Positions 12,200 to 25,129 are shown, counted from the stretch's first letter. The stretch: 64,000 nt of DNA from Octopus sinensis (GCF_006345805.1 NC_042999.1:56110001-56174000); one strand, 5' to 3'. Program-made: numbers and translations. Notes: generated by a model not told the origin, from the sequence alone.

Positions 12200-12512
12200 A
12201 CTTAGAGCACTCAGCGCAAAACTCCACCAAATGAGAATATCTGAAATGAACTTGACTGCTCTCACAAACCAGAATACTAAAAGTGAACTTGACCGCTCTC
12301 AATAATTAAGTAAAACAACCAGAAAAATAATGCAGAATCCCCTTCCTCTACTGGACCGATCCTAGAATCTAATCAGTTTGTGCCAGTCTCAAGGCCAAAC
12401 ATCCTTGAAAGTTTCATCTGAATCCACCCAGCCCTTCTTGAAATATCTTTTCCACAGACAGACAAACAAACATGACTGAAAACAATATCTCCATCTTCGC
12501 TAAGGCGGAGTC
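12200..12512 (+). mobile_element. Probable Helentron/DINE-like non-autonomous element (another family)
   Basis: TAGAGCACTCAG...CTCC 5' end, ACAG/ACAA repeats, 3' CTCC..GGCGGAG end. Confidence 0.45.
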
Positions 12513-14253
12513 AACTAGACAACAATAATTAATTCATATATCATTTGGATTAGATGTCACTTTACAATCTCAGTATTCGAAGTTATTGAACACCTTAAAT
12601 ACTATTACAAGGAAAATATAACAGTTATATATCACAAGTAGCAAATGTATGACTACCAATGATACATGATCTATCATAATTTGCTATAGTTCAAAATAGT
12701 GCAATTAATTAGAATTACTTTGAAATTAAATGTTTAATATTGTAATTTGAGCATCTTAAGAATCATACCTATGTGCATATCCTAGACTCATACATATATT
12801 AAGTACCTTACTCTGTAATGGGTGCAAGTATTTGTTTTATTTTATTTTTTTATTTATCTTTAACCAATAGCAGATAACTATATGTGCAATGTGTGTGTGT
12901 GTGTGCGCGCGTCCGCGCGTGCGCATTTCTAACATACAAATACACACACTGATAGAGACCCATACACATACATGTCTCAAAGCATTCAGCAGCAAAATAG
13001 CCCTATTCTTCTCACAATGCTTAATACAGCAATCTCAAAATGTTTGGACAAACCATAATGAAAAGAACTGCATAAAAATGAAGTGTTTGTGTTGTCTTGA
13101 AGAATAGAATATAGGATTTGGGCAAACACATGAAAATTTCTACATTATCAATTCTGTAATAAATTTTAAAAGATAATCACTGATCTAATGGCAGAGATAT
13201 CACTTAAATATTAATCAAATGGTGTTTCAAAAGAACTCAGTTGCTTTGTTCACTGTTTCTTGTCTGATCTTTTTATCAAGCTACTCTGTTGATTTGTATA
13301 CTGGAGATACACTTAACCAATCTCTCATTCATACACATACTTCTGAGTATGACATTCACGCATCCAATTTTGTTTTCATTGTTACTTAAAAAGGCATAGG
13401 CAAGGCAAAAAATGTGGTTAGAAAGTTCATTTCTTAATCCTGTGGTTTAATGTTTGGTGTGTATGACCCTTTAGCAAGTGCCAACCAATACACTAATTAA
13501 TGCTTTATGAGTGAAATTGGTAGACAGAAACTGAACAAAGCCAGTCAGGTGGCAAGGGATGCATTTGCATGTGTGTGTGTTTTCGTGTTTTCATCATGAC
13601 ACCGCAAGAGTAAAACATGAGCAGCATTTACACCTTCTGTAAATATGTTCCATAGCTTGACAAGTTTCATCAATTTCAACAAGTGATAACCGGTGAAAAG
13701 AACGCCATACTGGAAAACAAAGGTTTTTAACACAAAGAACATCCATCCAGACAATATTGTCTCATTAAGTTTCATCCAATGCATGCCAGCATGGAAAAAA
13801 ACAGCTGTGGCAATGACAACAACAATGACAGTAACTCAGTTCATCCCTAATTTTGTTTCTATTGTCATTCAGATCATATATAACACATCGTTTTTCATAC
13901 ATTTTTATCCAATAACAGCCTGACTCATTTTTTCAGAGCCACAATTCGTTTGATGAAGATACATCTAGATCACGAACTACACTAGACCTATTAAGTACAA
14001 TACTATTATATAATTTTGTTTTCAATCTGCATTTTGAAGAAACTAATGTAATGTACCTTGAAGATCATTGTTTATTTTAAAACAAAGAAATCAGTTTCTT
14101 CAAAACAAAAAAATAAATTTATAAAATTGTTTCCAAGAAAATTTAGAATAATCCTCCTTAATGTATGTGAATTTCAGTATCTAAATAAAGAAAACTCGTT
14201 AAGCAAAACTGACTGGATATATATGAAAAAAAGAAATTTTAATTATCACTTAC

Positions 14254-14464
14254 CAACAATAGGCTGCATTTCTTCTGACTGTTCAGAGACATTAGTTCCT
14301 GGTGCAGGTGATGATGAACCAATGGGAGTTTCTTCGCACAAATCTTTTATGTCTGCATTTGCATATTTATGAGAGAAACCTGCAGATTCCCCTTCACTAT
14401 CACTATCCAGTTTTTCTTTAGAGTCTTTACATTTATCAAGAAGTATTTTACCGAAAAAGGCTTC
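14254..14464 (-). CDS. KMT2C: KMT2C/D exon (EAFFGKILLDKCK...EEMQPIV); last exon recognised
   Basis: ttttag acceptor, gtaagt donor, 211 nt, phase 0-1; EAFFGK.LLD motif. Confidence 0.92.
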
Positions 14465-15869
14465 CTAAAATTAAAAAATAAAAGAATTATATTAAGAACG
14501 AATAATTCATAATTTGTTTTACTGAAAAAATAGCAATTCAATCAGAGAACAGAGTTATGCCTCAATACAAAAGAGAAAACATACACATTTTTTTTTCAAA
14601 AATACATATACTTTATATACCTTAAAATGTATGCATTTTGTTTTTCAATATATACCAGATGCTCTGGGTATTAGTGAAGAAAATTTCGTAAGACAAATAG
14701 ATGACCTAATATAATGTTATGAAGCATGCAAATTTTAACTTTCCTTCTTCGAGGTTAGACAACAGTTGGAAGTCTCGACCTTGATGCATCATCCATGGCC
14801 AAGAGAAAGAAAAATATTTCCTATGATCAAGCATTATCAGGATGATTAAGTTAAGTTCATCTAGCAGGTTCAGGACATCAACAACAACAACAACCCAATG
14901 GAGACCACCAATGAGCACTTTAAGGGTGGCAGAATCCTTCATCAGATGTGGTGAATGAGGACATCTGGTACATGATGAAGAGAGGGCAGTTGATGACTGA
15001 CAAGATCTGGGAGAACTATGTAATCATGTCTTTTGACCACAAGGCCATTTAGTAACTTCAAAGTAAGGACTCAGATCATGACGACCTGTCCAGCTCATGT
15101 CAGAAGAGAAAGCATACATAGAATGATGAACAAGTGAGAAGTTATTATTCCAAGATTATGCAGTATTTTATTTCTCAGATGCAAACAGAAATACGAAAGA
15201 GGAGTTGGATTTAATTAAAGAGAAATTTATTAAGACTAAGATCCCTAAAGAGTAATAAACTAAAATGAGAAAATTAGCAAAAATCTTGAAAATGCTTATC
15301 AATATGATTTTAATAGATAAGGTAAAAAGTAATAAATTAAATAGCATTTTAAAATAACTAAGGAACTTCCTAGACTTTTAAAGTCTAGTACTGCAAGTAA
15401 CCACAACCATTGTGTCCTGAAGCACACATAACGCCAATTCAAATAGTGCTATTGTTTGAAGCCAAAAAAAACAGGAACTAAGCACTGTCTATAAAAAAAA
15501 AAAAAACATCCTCTTCACACCATATATATTCATATTTTGAACTTGTTAAGTAAATTTCTTTGGATTTTTCAATTTTTGAGCATCACAACAGATAGTTAGA
15601 AATCTGTGATACTATTTATTAATTTATTTATCATTATTATTTGTGAATGACTTAATTAGAGAAATACAGCTTGAACTTGGAAAAAATAAAATATTTCAGT
15701 GTTATCGACACACACCAACATTTAAGAATTCTGAGCAGAAGTGGAATTATTATGTAGGGATTATTGCAGCAATGCTTTCATTAGTGAATGGTACACATTA
15801 AAAGAAAATTCATAAATTTACTGATATATGTAAAATGTAGGATACTGGTGGGTTTCATCATAATCATTT

Positions 15870-16480
15870 AATCCTAATCATCCACATTCCAGGCTGGCAT
15901 ATGTCAGATGGTTCAATAGGATATGACAAACCATGGGACTGCATCAACGAATCAAATTTACAGTGTAATGGGCATTTCTTTTATAGTACCAGCACTAATG
16001 AGATCACCAAGTAACTCACAGAGCAAAACATCCTCTTGACTGAGAGGTGGTATAATAGAGAGAGGGGTAACTTTATGCCTAGTGTTGAAAGGCTAAAATA
16101 TGCTAAGACAAGAACAGGTGCGTTGCTGTAAAGGAAATACATGATTACCCCCACATTAAAGATGAGTAGGAATTACTGTCAAGAGAGGTAATGGTGTTGA
16201 TGAGGTAACAGGGTACCAAAAGGTGAGTAGAAGAGAGAATAGGAACAAAGCATTAGGAAGGGCAAGTTCATAAGAGTGAGGAGAACAACAGAACATAGTG
16301 AATGGTAAAGTGTAGTTTTCAGTAAATATGTGATGGAGAAGATAGAAGAAAAAGAAGTGACTCGGGAAGGAAGAGGTGATAAGTGGCAGCACAGTAATGT
16401 GAGTAGTGTAGCTTTCAAGTTACAGAGACTACTGGAGTATAAATTCAGCTTGGAGACAAGAAGTTGATGTCAAGGGATTA
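15870..16480 (-). mobile_element. Old RTE-tailed non-coding element with pyrimidine-rich body
   Basis: Shares motifs with 18440-19400 and 63400-63970. Confidence 0.5.
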
Positions 16481-17107
16481 ATATTTTGAAATATATACGA
16501 AAACCGGTGTAATCAACTTGTCTGTATTTAACTTACCTCAACAGGTGAAAGTGATATCACAGGAGGTAAAAATAACATTTACAATATACACCAACATTCA
16601 TTACATCCTATCACTAAATTTTTTCTTAATTTATGAAATCTTTTTATAATTTTTATACTGGATTAAGAGTATTTCATCGAAATCTTTAGTTTTCAACAGG
16701 AAAAGGAAATTTATAAGAGTGAAAATAGAGGAATTTAAGAGTTAAACGTTCTACATTGTATAAGATGTGGTTCAAAGTGTAACTGAGCTGAATGTTTTTG
16801 CAAAACCTGTTTTTTATCTATATTAACTCAAAAAGGGGTGTTCACAGTATTTATAGATTCTCTTACATTGGTGTAGAAGTATAATTGCATGATGTTTATA
16901 TAATTAATGTTTAGTTTCGATGCTGACACTTAACAGAGTATAAAAGAATTTCTAGAGATACAAACATATATATGCTGACAAGAGCATTTCAATGCTTATA
17001 ACCTACTTTAAAAATAATTCATCATTTCACATAATTTTATGTAATTTTTAATAAAATATTTTTCATACTAAAATCAATTTTCCAAAAGTAAAAATTCAAT
17101 ATTTTAC

Positions 17108-17247
17108 CTGAAGATAAGATGGGAAACTATCTTCTAGTTGACTTTTCCTTTTCTGTCGGCGACGTTTCTTTATTTTGTCTGACATCAGTCCACTGATTGA
17201 TGAATCTGTGATTGAAGACGGTCCTTCATCAATGCAGCTACCCTCAA
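17108..17247 (-). CDS. KMT2C: KMT2C/D exon (...KKRRRQKRKSQLEDSFPSYLQ)
   Basis: ttttag acceptor, gtaaaa donor, 140 nt, phase 1-0; LE..FP.YLQ motif. Confidence 0.92.
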
Positions 17248-17480
17248 CTAAAATTGAAGAAAATAAGTTTATGTAAATATTAAATCATAAAAACAATACT
17301 ATATCAGACTACATAATACACTCATCACTCACACAATTATAAAAGTCCGTAACTAAAGAAGTTAATTCATTAAAATATCTTTTCAAATGTTTGAAATTAA
17401 ATAGTTTGTCTAACTACCTAACGGTAAATGCTTTTTTTATATAATTAAGAACTTGAAATTAACAATCCTTTTGTACTAAC

Positions 17481-17597
17481 TTGTATTTCCTATTTCTGAT
17501 TTCAATAGATCTTCATTAACATCAACCTGACGAGATGGTGACTGACGGCTTGCGGTCAGGCGTACATTTCTTTGCCGAACTATAAAACCACCCACTC
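17481..17597 (-). CDS. KMT2C: KMT2C/D exon (GVGGFIVRQRNVRL...)
   Basis: ttacag acceptor, gttagt donor, 117 nt, phase 1-1; conserved GIGGFMVRQR-like motif. Confidence 0.92.
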
Positions 17598-17725
17598 CTG
17601 TAATCAAAACATTTATAGACGGAATGTTAATAAACCAATTCCAACTAAGAATTATTTAATGCTGAAGATAAAATTCCATCAACGAAATGATGAAAATCTA
17701 ATCAAGACCCAACACCTTAACTTAC

Positions 17726-17890
17726 CAAGACCTAATTGCTTTCTTTGTCTCTTTTTCTTAATCATTTCTTCACCATTTCCTTCTTCCATTTTAATTTCAT
17801 CATATTGAGAAATAACTGTTGACTGAGATGATCTGAAGACTGAATCAGAATCCATATCAGATCCTTTTATGTCAGTCGAAATCTCCATAT
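17726..17890 (-). CDS. KMT2C: KMT2C/D exon (DMEISTDIK...KKKRQRKQLGL)
   Basis: ttttag acceptor, gtaagt donor, 165 nt, phase 1-1. Confidence 0.85.
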
Positions 17891-18439
17891 CTAAAATAAA
17901 TTAATTTAAAAGAACACATCATTCTTAAATTAATCTTACATTAAGAAAAAATTTCTTAATTGGAGTTCTTTAAGAGAAGCCATGAAAATGAAGCAAAACC
18001 TACTCCCATATACTAAAAAAACTCAGTATCAGTGGTACAAAATATAAAAAAGAATATACTTTTGCACTGCTGTATAGCTAACCTCTCATTACTTATTACA
18101 TCACTTATGTTCATCACACTCTCTAGAAAAATGACGGGGTGTCATTTAAAGCAGAAATTATAAATATATACACAACAGTGAGTAGATTTGGCAGATGGAA
18201 ACTGAAAATAGCCCATCATTCATGTGTGTGAGTGTGTGTGTGTGTTTGTGTGTGTATGTATATATATATATATATGGTACATGTACAATATATATATACA
18301 CACATACAAATTTATACACAGAAACATATACATAAATGCACATATACATACATATACACACATACAAGACACACATAAACACATAATAAATGTATATATG
18401 CATATATATCATATACAACAACAGACAACTTCCATGTTC

Positions 18440-19400
18440 CATACAGGTCGGACAATCTGACAGGGCACAAACGATTCAAGAACTGTATCACACTCTTGTG
18501 TCTGCTTTGGCATGGCTTTTAAGATCGGATGCCCTTCCTAACTCAAACCACTTTACACTGTAATAGGTACTTTTTTTCATACCACCAGTATAAGTGAGAT
18601 CACTGTGCAGTTTGCAAGACTACAAGCAATGAGTGGGGAGGAGATGAAGGCTGAAAGTATGAAAGAAGGGGCCAGATCAGAACAGGTTTCTTGTTGTAGA
18701 GGAGCTACATGACTACACATTTTAAAGGAGATGATGGGAGTGATGAGGTGAGACTAGAATGAGATAAAAATAGTGGTGATAAAGAGTATAGGTGGACTCT
18801 CAAAATACAAGATGAGTAGAAGTGAGAGGGGAAAGAGGAACCAGGAGTGTGGTTGGTGGAAGTTGCAAGAGTATATGGGAAGGTGAGAGCTGAGAGAAGT
18901 GACGGTAGGTGATAACTGTAAAGATTGAGGCGGGTTGATGAGTGGGTGTAGTTAGCAGTGGCTAAAGGGTGGAGAATGAGTTTAGAGAGGTAAAAGTAAG
19001 TAGAAGATAGATGACTGTGTAGAAAAAAAGGAAAGTACAGCAGAATGGTAACGATTATACAGCAGATAAGGTAAGTACAAGAGATGACAGGTTTTTGGGT
19101 AGGTTATGAGTTGGGGGAGAGGAACAATGTAGTGCACAAGGCATGAGAGACATTGGTGAAGGAGAGACAATTTAGTGTCTCAGTGGGGAGTGTGTGATGA
19201 TAAATGTAAAGTGTGACTGGAGAGAACAGTATTAATGGATGAAGGATGGATAGCAAGCGAAATGGTTCTAAGTAACATGGAAGAGCCACAGTTAGAGATG
19301 ATGGGTAGCAATAGGGGTTTGGAGGAGGAAATTGAGCAAAGGGCCCAGTTGCACATATATAACACTGCACTTAGCTGTTTTGCCAAGCTGGCTAGTCTTC
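18440..19400 (-). mobile_element. Old RTE-tailed non-coding element with pyrimidine-rich body
   Basis: GGATGCCCTTCCTAAC tail motif and GAACAGGT.TCTTG.TGTAGAGGAGCTACATG body motif. Confidence 0.55.
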
Positions 19401-19431
19401 TCAAGGACCCCTACATATATAATCAAACACA

Positions 19432-19465
<34 letters not shown>

Positions 19466-19789
19466 ATCAAAAGTAAGCAACAAGAATAACTTCGGTAATT
19501 TGGTACGATCGTTTCATGCTACATCATTTTATCAAATATTGTAAGTATTACAACAGTTTTAAAATGTTCAGCAATCATCAGCCATTAATAGGGGTTTTCC
19601 ATTAATACATAATTTTCATATCAATTGATAACATTATAGAGAAGGTAGGTATACAGACAAAGATGTCGATTTATATGGATAACGCCATACAACATTCTGG
19701 TGCATCTAACTTAAGTACCATATTCATTTGAATCTAAATTTTGCTGAACTTATATATATTTATATATGTATAAATATATATATACACAT

Positions 19790-20780
19790 ACAAAATGATA
19801 CACAGCACTAATGATGTCCACAAGATTAAGAGTGTCATTCAACTCAGTAAGACTACAGGAGCTTTATGCTAGGTAGTGAAAGAGAAGATTAAGAATGCAT
19901 GGCTGCCCAAATTACACATCAATGGGAGGGAGTAATTGGTATGTGTCTACAAAGAGAGATAAAGATAGTAGTGATGAGTTGTTAGGGTAGATCTTGAGGG
20001 GTATGATCAGGAAGATTGGGTGATTAAATTTTGTAAGAGTGTATGGTGAGAGTGATGCATTGTTTGAGATGAGGTAAAAGTGCAAACACACTGAATGAAA
20101 CGCACAGACTGAGGTAGGGGGTGGGTGGTCAACGTTAAATATGAGTCAGCTGGAAGATAGTGGAGAGCAGATAAGTAAAGATAGGGTACAATTACAGGGT
20201 CAATGTAGTGACCCACAAGTAGTGGTCAGTGAGTTAGGCAAAAAGGTCAAAAGAAAGTTGGTGCTGACTTGCAGGACAGAAAGGATGAACCACAGCAGAA
20301 CAGTAACAATATAGCTTACAAGAGGAGAAGAGAAAGGCAGATGGTGCATAGATAGGTAGATTGCAATTGTGTGAAGAAAATGACACAGTGTATAGAGAGT
20401 AAGAAATGTGTGGTGATTTGGGCAAATCAACAGGAAGTGGTTCAATGGAGACTAGAGAAACAGAGATGGTGATAGGATCAAGTCAACAGGATTCAGTGGA
20501 AACAGACAGATAATTTGGTCGCACAGAATGATAAGGTGATCAATGTAAAGTGTGAATGGAAAGGAACATTATTTAAGAACAAAATGCTACTGGGTAGAGA
20601 AAAAAGTAACTGGTATCCCTGAAATGATGATAAGTAATTCCACTTTCATTTACTAATTGCAGATACTGCACTAAAGTAAGCGATGGAGAGAACAGCAATA
20701 TAGACATGAGGGGGGAGTGGAGTGAAAAGTTTGATGAAAAAATTGGAGGGGCCAAATGTAGAGTACAGAACCTCAGTTTT
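19790..20780 (-). mobile_element. Further degraded copy of the pyrimidine-rich non-coding element
   Basis: AG-rich on the + strand; partial motif sharing with the other copies. Confidence 0.4.
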
Positions 20781-22010
20781 GCCATGATGAGCAGGTCTTG
20801 TCAAGCACTGAATATCATTAGTTGTCCCTTAGTAAGTTTCAAAGTCCCTAGATCAACCTTCACCACTGTGTCCCATATCTTCCTGGATCTCCCTCTTCCA
20901 CAAGTTCAACCAACCTTTAGTAATCAGCACATTCTCTATCATAAGCATTACATGACCATACTAGCAGTCTTCTCTCTTACATACAACTGATTCCTTTTAT
21001 GCCCTATTTTTCTATTAACACATCTGTCCAAAAACAAACATCATACAAACTGCCTTTCACACAGAGAGAAACCTTTTGCTGCCAACAAAAGAAATGGCTC
21101 TCTGAACTTTCTCCAGCAGGTTCTTATGCTAGAAACTATACTTTTGAAACAAACTCTTCCGCCTAGGTAACAGGAGCTATCTACCACATCTGGAGATAAC
21201 CCTGAGCATTTGAGAAAGTCTTTTCCTCATGCATTCTTAAATTTTATTGCTCTTGCACATCTGCCACATCTAAAAATTTACTTTCTCTGATACCACTACA
21301 CTTTGCGTATCCACCACTTGTATTGGGTACTCCATTTGGAATGTCTACCAACACCTTTTCTACATATTGAGCAAGGTCAGTTCCATGACAATAGCAAAGT
21401 TCTGTCTTTCCCTGCTTACTAAAACTTTGGTTTTTGCGAAGTTAACTTTGAGGCCTTTTGATTCCATGTCTTGCTTCCACACAAAGAGTTTTTCTAATCC
21501 CACTACAGACTCAGCTATAAGAAAAAAATTTAGCATAAAGCAGTTCCCATAAGCAACCAGTCTTAAACTCGTTTGTTTTAGCCAGAAGGAAGGGGATATG
21601 ACAAGACTGAGAATCAAAGCCTTGGTGAATGCTTACAAGTACACTAAATTTGTTGCTCTATTCATTAACTCTCATCTTATGAAGATCAAATCTGTAAATG
21701 ACTTCCACAGCACTCACAAGTCATTCATCTACCCACTAGCTTCTTCAGTGACAACCTGATCAGAAAACAAGGGATCCTATTGAAGACTTTCACCAGGTCA
21801 ATGAAAGCTATGTACAGTTGCCTACTTTAAAGTCAAGTATTTCTCCTGCAGTTGCCTCACTAGGAAGATGGCATCTGTAATACTTTGCCCTGGCACAAAC
21901 CAAACTACATCCCACCTAGTCTACCTCTTTAATTAATCGAGCCATAATGTTCCCACAAATACTAAGACCAAACCAGCAATTTAATACAGCAACAATTCTT
22001 CTAAGATACT
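20780..22010 (-). mobile_element. Degraded RTE LINE (family of 32838)
   Basis: KLFVWKQDMESKGLKVNFAKTKVLVS in ORF 21360..21617. Confidence 0.75.
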
Positions 22011-22384
22011 TTCTTCAGACTTATACCAATCGAGTAGTTTACATAATGAATATTTTAGAAATAGATGTTACTATCTCTAACTGATGAATGCAAAGCATGT
22101 TTTCTCATGCACAGCATGAAATCAGCTGATATTGGGGTATGTAAACTATCTCCAAATTCCATCCTGAAGCTAGGCCTATTTTTTAAAATATTCACTGCAT
22201 TATTCATGTGTGTATTTATCGTAGTATTGCTGGTTTTTGAAGCTTTCATCTTTGGAAAGGGGTATTTTTACCCTTTTTTTATTCAAATATTTCATATTAT
22301 ATCTGTTTAGGTAGAAGTTTTGCTAACAACCTCATTATTACTGTTTTTAACAGTAATAATGCCTTATATATATACGCGTGTGTA

Positions 22385-24000
22385 TATCACTTTGATCACT
22401 TTGACCGACCAGTCCATCAGGCATCCATTTGACACCGCTGGTCACAGCACGCTGTTCACTCCTCTCTGGATCACGCCTTTCTCATCCACGTAATCCCAAT
22501 CATCCTCTTGAAATCGTCACTCCACCGTCGTGGAGGTCTTCCGGGTAGTCTTTTCTGCTTACGCAGGTACCACTCAACAACTGCGTGCGTCCACCGATTA
22601 TCGGTGAGCCAGGCGACGTGTCCAGCCCATCTATACTTGCTGCAAGTATACTCTGCGATGACATCTCTCACGCCGGACTTCTTTCTGATGATGTTGCTAT
22701 TTATGTGCTCTCTCAACGAGATACCAAGCATTGACCTTTCCATGGCTCTTTGAGCCGTTATCAGTCTTTGCTCTTCTCTTTTGTGGTAGCCCATGATTCA
22801 CTACCATATAACATTGCAGGCAGATCTGCACTGTTAATGAGGTTGGCGCGGGTGGTCCTGTCCAACCTTCCCTTGAGCACATCCCTTATGCCATTGAACG
22901 CCTTCCATCCGGCCCTTACTCTCTTTTGAGATCTCCTTTTTGATATCCCAGCACATATTTACTTCCTGTCCCAGGTAGACATATTCTCTCACCTCCTCTA
23001 TTTCATCACTGCCGATCACCATTCGACCTGTTGGTACGTTGTCTGACCGCATGAACTTTGTTTTCATGCGGTTCATCTTGAGACCTACTGCAGAACTTTT
23101 GATGTCGAGCTCCGTCAGCATGGTCTGAAGCTGATCCATGTTTTCAGCGATGAGTACGATGTTGTCAGCGAAACAGAGGTGAGTGAGGAGCTCGCCATTG
23201 ATGTTCGAGACATGCAGTGAAAAGTTTTGGGGAGATTGTATCTCTTTGCTTCACTCCCTTCTCGACCGGCACTCGTATGGGTGATGACAGTAGAGCTATG
23301 TCGGTGGTGCATCCGGAATTTGCCTCTCTGAGCAGCTGCACATATTGCCCTTCGATTCCTTGCCTCTGCAGCGAGTTCAGCACTGCGTTGGTTTCGACAC
23401 TATCGAAGGCCTTCTCATAATCTATAAACGCAACGCAAAGAGGCAGCTTGTACTCATTTGCTTGCTCAAGCAGTTGCATTAGAGCAAATATATGGTCCAT
23501 TGTGCTGTAGTTCTTCCGGAAGCCTGCTTGCTCCCTCGGTTGTTGTTCGTCGAGACAACGTGACAACCTGTTCAGAATGATCTTCGTGAACAGCTTGTAC
23601 ACGTGAGACAGCAGGCATATGGGTCGGTAGTTCTTTAGATCTTCTCTGTCGCCCTTCTTATACAGCAGGATGGTATTTGACTCTTTCCACTGCGAGGGAA
23701 TTCTTCCCTCGTCTAGATAGTGCGTAAATCGCTCAGCGAGGATTTTCCAGAGCTGCTCTCAAAGTCATTCTTTAGTTGCTGACGAATCACTCTGCTGAGA
23801 AGGGAATATTCAAAGTGATCTTCAATAGTCCTCATCATATTTTTCCTCTTCTCGAGCAACTTCATAGTTTCTTCCGAGATTCTTCCCTTCTTTTCTCTTG
23901 GGCATACACCCTTAGCCTTCCTCAAACACTCCTTCAATTTCCCTATCAGTGAGTTGTAGTCATCGTCTATGTCATCTCCTTGGCACCAGTCTTCCTGCAT
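22385..24000 (-). mobile_element. RTE-clade LINE, second family (5'-truncated, internal deletion in RT)
   Basis: EQQPREQAGFRKNYSTMDHI, FIDYEKAFDSV, GVKQRDTISPKLF, FADN and KYRWAGHVA...GRPPRRWSDD motifs; (CAAAGTGAT)n tail at about 22387-22404. Confidence 0.9.
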
Positions 24001-24019
24001 GATGGCTTCCTATATATAC

Positions 24020-24021
24020 AA

Positions 24022-24052
<31 letters not shown>

Positions 24053-24354
24053 CGTATATATATATGTATATATATACGTATATATATGTATATATACGTA
24101 TATATATATATATGTATATATACGTATATATATGTATATATACGTATATATATATATATGTATATATACGTATATATATATATGTATATATACGTATATA
24201 TATACGTATATATACGTATATATATATATGTATATATACGTATATATATACGTATATACGTATATATATATATGTATATATACGTATATATATATGTATA
24301 TATACGTATATATATACGTATATATACGTATATATATACGTATATATATATATA
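24020..24354. repeat. (TA)n microsatellite with TACG/TATG interruptions
   Basis: Direct reading. Confidence 0.95.
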
Positions 24355-24723
24355 TATTGTTATATTTCGGAATGGTCATATTGCCAGTTTAGCCAATAAA
24401 AACACACGCACTATATATTTGGTGTTATTTTGCTTCAGTGATATTTATTTTTTACATTAATCTTAATCTTATTTCGGCCAAAGTTCTTTCGTCACACTCC
24501 TGTGACCGCATCAGTGGTCCTTTGTTTTCTTCTCACTTATTTGTGTCTCTCCTTACTAACCGTCAGCCATTTTGTATTTCTATTGTATGTCTTCATACAA
24601 TAGAAATAAGATTAAGATTAATGTAAAAAATAAATATCACTGAAGCAAAATAACACCAAATATATAGTGCATGTGCTTTTATTGGCTAAACTGGCAATAT
24701 GACCATTCCGAAATATAACAATA
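24355..24723. repeat. Fold-back element: 121-bp inverted arms around a 127-bp loop
   Basis: 24355-24475 is the reverse complement of 24603-24723, with 2 substitutions by eye. Confidence 0.92.
24476..24520 (-). ncRNA. Hammerhead-like motif in the fold-back loop
   Basis: Minus strand reads CCA-CTGATGC-G-GTCAC-aggagt-GTGAC-GAAA-GAAC-TT-TGG; A9 is replaced by C. Confidence 0.5.
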
Positions 24724-24809
24724 TCTGTTTCAACACACGACTTCACATAAAAAATCTTGCACAACAAATATTTAAACGTATATATATATATATATGTGTA
24801 TATATACGT

Positions 24810-25082
24810 AGTGTAGTGTGGTGTGATGTTGTGGGGAGGTGGGGAAGGCGAGAGTGGGGAAAGCACAGGTGGGGAGGTGAGAGTGGGGAAAGCACAGGCG
24901 GGGTGTGGGTTCGGCTGGGGGGTGGGGTAGAGTGGGGGTTGTGGGTAGATGGAGGGTGGGTTTAGAGGTGAGATGTGTGGGGAGGGGTGTGGGATAGGGG
25001 TGAGGTATGTGGGGGAGAGGTGTGGGATAGGGGTGAGGTATGCGGGGGGAGATGGGAAGGCTAGGGAAGATGGAGTAGGGGT
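24810..25082 (+). repeat. G-rich tract with many GGG/GGGG runs (G-quadruplex-prone)
   Basis: Direct reading; includes internal duplications such as GGTGTGGGATAGGGGTGAGGTATG twice. Confidence 0.7.
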
Positions 25083-25129
25083 ATTCATTTTACAAGATTC
25101 TTGAGTATGTCAAAAGCGTTAACCAGGTA

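Noticed and set aside
13545-13923. ORFs 13545..13784 and 13693..13923 as possible next KMT2C/D exons
   Set aside because: No recognisable motif, and no convincing in-phase splice-site pair.
14656-14705. 50-nt AG/GT-bounded segment between two real exons (possible poison exon)
   Set aside because: Weak donor (GTATAT), frameshifting, and such pairs arise by chance in AT-rich introns; needs RNA evidence.
16538-16607. Segment ending in a strong GTAAGT donor on the minus strand
   Set aside because: With the nearest acceptor, stop codons occur in all three frames.
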